A DNA stretch of 64,000 nucleotides from Octopus sinensis (taxonomy: Eukaryota): NCBI RefSeq assembly GCF_006345805.1, contig NC_042997.1:210242001-210306000 (forward strand), in the 5' to 3' direction. The translations under genes were made by a program, and so were the position numbers. Every line of letters begins with the position of its first letter. The first letter of the stretch is position 1. Shown in pieces: positions 60,965 through 64,000 of this stretch. Below the pieces are notes generated by a model. It ran no database searches, was not told where the DNA came from, and saw only the letters and a program-made list of their open reading frames with translations.

Positions 60965-61697
60965 AGTAGTGGTGGTGGTAGCAGTAGTAGTAATAGTGGT
61001 GGTGGTAGTATTAGTGGTATTGGTAGTAGTAGTAATAGTGGTGGTGGTGGTAGTAGCAGTAGTAGTAATAGTAGTAGTGGTGGTGGTGGTAGTAGTAATG
61101 GTGGTGGTGGTGGTGGTAGTAGTAATAGTGGTGGTGGTAGTAGTAATAGTGGTGGTGGTAGTAGTAGTAATAGTGGTGGTGGTGGTGTGGTGGTAGTAGT
61201 AATAGTGGTGGTGGTGGTGGTAGTAGTAATAGTGGTGGTGGTGGTAGTAATAGTGGTGGTGGTGGTAGTAGCAGTAGTAGTAATAGTAGTAGTGGTGGTG
61301 GTGGTAGTAGTAATAGTGGTGGTGGTAGTAGTAGTAATAGTGGTGGTGGTGGTGGTAGTAGTAATAGTGGTGGTGGTAGTAGTAGTAATAGTGGTGGTGG
61401 TGGTAGTAGCAGTAGTAGTAATAGTAGTAGTGGTGGTGGTGGTAGTAGTAATAGTGGTGGTGGTAGTAGTAGTAATAGTGGTGGTGGTGGTAGTAGTAAT
61501 AGTGGTGGTGGTAGTAGTAGTAATAGTGGTGGTGGTGGTGGTAGTAGTAATAGTGGTGGTGGTGGTGGTAGTAGTAATAGTGGTGGTGGTGGTAGTAATA
61601 GTGGTGGTGGTTGTGGTTGTAGTAGTAGTAATAGTAGTAGTGGTGGTGGTGGTAGTAGTAATGGTGGTGGTGGTTGTAGTAGTAGTAGTAGTAGTAC
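60965..61697. repeat. compound (GGT/AGT/AAT)n microsatellite, about 245 triplets
   Basis: Fills most of the 60811-61697 intron and generates the poly-T, poly-P and poly-V ORFs in the track. Confidence 0.97.
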
Positions 61698-61806
61698 CTT
61701 CTGGCATGTTGTCTCCAATCTCAACGGCAGCCTGGAGGTATTTCTCTGTTACATCTGGAATCAGTTCGTCTGGCGAAGAAGTCTTCTGGGATCCGGCTTT
61801 ATGAGC
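61698..61806 (-). CDS. CENPK: CENP-K-like exon
   Basis: atatatgcag| ... |gtacta, phase 0 to 1. AHKAGSQKTSSPDELIPDVTEKYLQAAVEIGDNMPE. Confidence 0.75.
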
Positions 61807-62094
61807 CTGCATATATATACATATATACATATATACAACAGGGTGAGAGGCTGATTACAAAGGGTTTGTTAGAGATACGGCATGGATGAGCGGACATAGA
61901 CAGGGTGCCAGTTCCCGGAGGAAGAGCTCCATCAGTTCTATTGCTTTATCTTGAACTAGCACCATGACGCCGGGTCACAGTGCCAGTGCATGCATATATG
62001 CAGCTGCATGTGTGCGCACATACACGCGAGTACTGCCCAAATCTCCGACCAATCACATACAGCTAGCTGGCATTCAATTGGCGTATCAAGTTTT

Positions 62095-62460
62095 AAATAA
62101 ATAAAATAATAATAAATAATAATAATAATTGTGTACAGTGCTCAGGTGCACTACAACTCATCTAAAGTGTATGTAGTATAATCAGGTGTAGTTTTGGCGG
62201 ATTTCGGAAAGCATGAGGGCCTTAAAGGATGCAGTGTTATGGCAGTCAACAACTGACGCAGGCAGTTTGTTCCATGCTTCAGCAACTCTGAGCGTGAAAA
62301 AATGTTTCCGAAAGTCATGGGAGCTGTGTTGTTTTCTGACTTTGTAGGCATGTCCACGTGTGTTAGACACATGGAGATCAAAAAGGGTTCAGTGTTGTTG
62401 TTGGTGAGGTGGTTGATAACTTTGTGGGTGTTTACCAAGTCCGTCGGGCATTTTGATTGG
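62095..62460 (-). mobile_element. CR1-clade LINE 3' end
   Basis: TRGHAYKVRKQHSSHDFRKHFFTLRVAEAWNKLP; (ATT)n tail. Confidence 0.85.
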
Positions 62461-63120
62461 GATTTGGATAGAAAATCCACAAAAAAGTCACTTCTATTGA
62501 TTTTTTAATGGCTTTGAGGGGTGACTGGGAAATGTAAAGATGTGCACGACCACCCTTGGACGGCTTTGAATGACAATAAAAAGTGCGAGCCCTCTAATTG
62601 AAAAATTGTGGATTTGTATAAAGGACACACACAGACAGACATTTTGCTGTTTATATATATAGAGATGGTGACCTTCCAGATGATGACCGACACAACTACT
62701 ATATAGAGATGATGACAGACACAACTTCATTTACCTTGACCTAGAAATCCAAAGACTTGTGGAATGAAGTGGAATGGTGCAGTATTTTCTCAAATACCTT
62801 TGCAAAAGGGTTGCCATATCCTAAATTCTTTACCCCTGTCCCCTTGTCACTTTTGATGTCTTCTGTTCCACATGCGACAACAGCCACTATTGTCTTCTAA
62901 ATTTACAGGGCGCAATGGATAAAATGTCGCCATTTTATATATTGTAGGGTAAGATGGGCACTGTCTGTGAGAAAAACAGTACCATGACACAATTCACTCT
63001 GCCAGAAATTTGGAAACAACAAGCTATACTGCTTGGCATTCATGATGATGACGATGATGACACAGTTTTAAAAATTAAAATAGCTGGGGGGGGGGGGTTT
63101 ATCAAAAACCATTTCCTTAC

Positions 63121-63165
63121 TTTTAAAATCTCAGCCCAAAGATCTTCACAAGCATCATGTAGAAC
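63121..63165 (-). CDS. CENPK: CENP-K-like exon (most 5' exon recognised; start exon not found)
   Basis: ttttattttgtag| ... |gtaagg, phase 0 to 0. VLHDACEDLWAEILK, compare vertebrate LIRECEEMWKDMEE. Confidence 0.78.
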
Positions 63166-63913
63166 CTACAAAATAAAATGTTACATGTTTTTAAACATCT
63201 CAAGTAAATACCATTTGAAATACAAAGGTGGGTACCACTAATCAAGGAAGTTAACTTCAATAAACCATTAACGTTAATTTTTATTATAGAAAAAAAAAAT
63301 CAGTTTTTCCCCTAAAAACCTCCAAAAAACACCTTTAAAAAGTGCCAAAACTATAAAATCCGTTAACTTTAATTCATTTGAAGTTAACGGAAGTTAATTA
63401 GTACAATAATGATTTCCAAAGTTAACTTAAAAGTTAAATCGTTCGTGTAAATGTTAACTTCGTTAACTAACGATTAATGAATTAATGGTTTGGTGCCCAG
63501 GTTTGTTAAAATGTTAGTCAAAATCTCACATTTTACAGAAAATTAAGGCAGCATGCCAGGCAAAATGGTTAGCAGCTTTTTTCGTTTGTCTTCAAAATTT
63601 GAACTTCAGTTCTGCTGAGGTCAACTTTGCCATTAAATCCTAAAGGGGGGGGGGCGATGAAATGAGTTGAGAAATGAGGTTGATGTAATCAACTTAACCC
63701 ACCTCACTGAAATTGCTGGCCTTGTGCCAAAATTTGAAACCGATACATTACAGAAAGCAAAGAGAGGTTTTCCTTCAGGTTTATCAAAGTTCCATCGTAA
63801 AAATTACAAAATGTTGAAAAAAAAAGTCTTCAAAAGCTGGTTGACATTGGGAATGTTTGTAACTGGGTCGACCACAACAGAGCACCATATTTCTTTATGG
63901 TACTTACTGTATA

Positions 63914-64000
63914 CCAGGGGTTCCCAACCTTTTCACTACCAAGGACCCCTTTTATTTAAATGAATTTTCTCACAGACCCCTTTTATATGCTGATCCTTAC
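63914..64000 (+). mobile_element. hAT-like MITE end (related fragments at ~33205-33270 and ~53176-53250)
   Basis: CAG(G/T)GGTT(C/T)CC-type terminus and shared TTTAAATGA(A/G)TTT...CAC(A/G)GAC/GGCC body. Confidence 0.5.

Noticed and set aside
60570-61830. Long poly-T, poly-P, poly-V and poly-M ORFs resembling mucin
   Set aside because: They are microsatellite read-through; only the embedded exons 60681-60810 and 61698-61806 are credible.
62790-62935. Possible CENP-K start exon (AAAATGGCG... or KTIVAVVACG...)
   Set aside because: It lies downstream of exon 63121-63165 in transcript order, the ATG frame stops early, and there is no CENP-K similarity.
63240-63500. Cluster of GTTAAC palindromes as a regulatory array
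   Set aside because: More simply explained as subterminal repeats of a DNA-transposon-derived MITE, although the termini are not clear enough to annotate.

Overview
Eukaryotic, intron-rich and extremely repeat-dense DNA. The repeat landscape (tRNA-derived SINEs, RTE LINE tails, long microsatellites) suggests an octopus or other cephalopod; this is inferred, not proven. I assembled two convergent genes by hand from GT-AG, phase-consistent exons that the ORF track mostly misses. (1) + strand: the last 11 coding exons (2493-41147, 548 aa) of a MOV10/Armitage-like SF1B RNA helicase. Walker A/B, NYRSH and motif VI are intact, but motifs Ia, IIIa and V are unusually altered, and it ends in a Lys/Arg tail. 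(2) - strand: 7 exons (63165-48316, 204 aa) of a CENP-K-like kinetochore gene that appears to lack one internal coiled-coil exon. The introns hold about 30 5'-truncated RTE-LINE 3' ends with a variable-copy hairpin module, three SINE families, a four-copy head-to-tail Helitron array and a Pif1-bearing parent remnant. They also hold Penelope-like fold-backs with hammerhead-ribozyme-like motifs, mariner/maT and piggyBac-type MITEs, CR1 and HERO-like fragments, and a 53-bp satellite built from the LINE tail. No prokaryotic systems, CRISPR arrays, rRNA or true tRNA genes were found. All homology calls are by eye against recalled family motifs; no searches were run.
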